A DNA stretch of 6,134 nt from a virus: IMG/VR virus record IMGVR_UViG_3300020030_000061, positions 1 to 6,134 of that record; one strand, written 5' to 3'. Position numbers and translations under genes: made by a program. The notes under the pieces were generated by a model. It saw nothing but the letters and a program-made list of their open reading frames with translations. It was not told where the DNA came from and made no database searches. Below are positions 5,946 to 6,134 of this stretch, in pieces (positions within the stretch are counted from its first letter, which is position 1; every line of letters begins with the position of its first letter).

Positions 5946-6134
5946 CTAGTTCCCTTTCCCTTCTTTCTGCGTCGTGACTTCATCGCAATCAAGATTAAAA
6001 TCGAACATAAGGACAAGAGTATTGTCGAAAAACTCGACTCGGAAATGCGGCAAACTGCCGCAGGTGGTAACAAGCTCGAAAAGCCCCGAATGATCAATGT
6101 AAAGCGAATCGCTGATGTCCGAACTCCTCAAAAA
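5946..6134 (-). CDS. C-terminal part of the same 107-aa junction-spanning ORF (6014-6134 duplicates 1-121); stop TAG at 5948-5946
   Basis: The track lists this as a 61-aa ORF beginning with a TTG at the window edge (6131). That start is an artefact of linearisation; see the 1..256 entry for the true ATG. Confidence 0.55.
   Translation of the reverse strand, partial: FLRSSDISDSLYIDHSGLFELVTTCGSLPHFRVEFFDNTLVLMFDFNLDCDEVTTQKEGKGN
6014..6134. repeat. Terminal direct repeat, copy 2 (circular-assembly overlap)
   Basis: Identical to 1-121. Confidence 0.97.

Noticed and set aside
5688-5948. The 107-aa ORF ends at a TAG, and the same frame stays open for another 85 codons to a TGA at 5688. This could suggest TAG readthrough or recoding giving a product of about 193 aa.
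   Set aside because: The extension would have to read through the terminator hairpin and T-tract. Its third-position usage is not T-biased like the real genes. The track's 74-aa ORF there (5688..5912) starts only with TTG. TAG also appears to serve as the stop of the 102-aa ORF. Treated as non-coding.

Overview
The window is one complete circular ssDNA phage genome of the family Microviridae. It was assembled with a 121-nt terminal overlap: bases 1-121 are identical to 6014-6134, so the unit length is 6013 nt. Every credible gene lies on the minus strand, so the window shows the complement of the coding (viral-sense) strand. In coding order (descending coordinates) the map is: a 226-nt control region (5945->5720); a 72-aa Cys-containing ORF coupled to Rep by a TAATG overlap; the HUH rolling-circle replication initiator (VP4-like, 356 aa); the F-type major capsid protein (VP1, 599 aa); a 102-aa acidic ORF (possible scaffold); a 194-nt structured gap; a 61-aa predicted lipoprotein; the Gly/Ala-rich plus coiled-coil pilot protein (VP2-like, 419 aa); an AT-rich 80-nt gap; a 105-aa orphan ORF; a 107-aa orphan ORF that crosses the circular junction and is therefore truncated in the linear ORF track; and a strong hairpin plus T-tract terminator (5902->5860). 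No gene has a Shine-Dalgarno sequence, and coding-strand third codon positions are T-rich and A-poor. That bias explains the many long antisense and +1-frame shadow ORFs in the track. No tRNA, rRNA, CRISPR array, integrase or transposase is visible. The points most worth follow-up are the stand-alone small lipoprotein gene, a junction-spanning region that is open on both strands (a 194-codon antisense ORF absent from the track), and two structured non-coding regions that look like transcription control elements.
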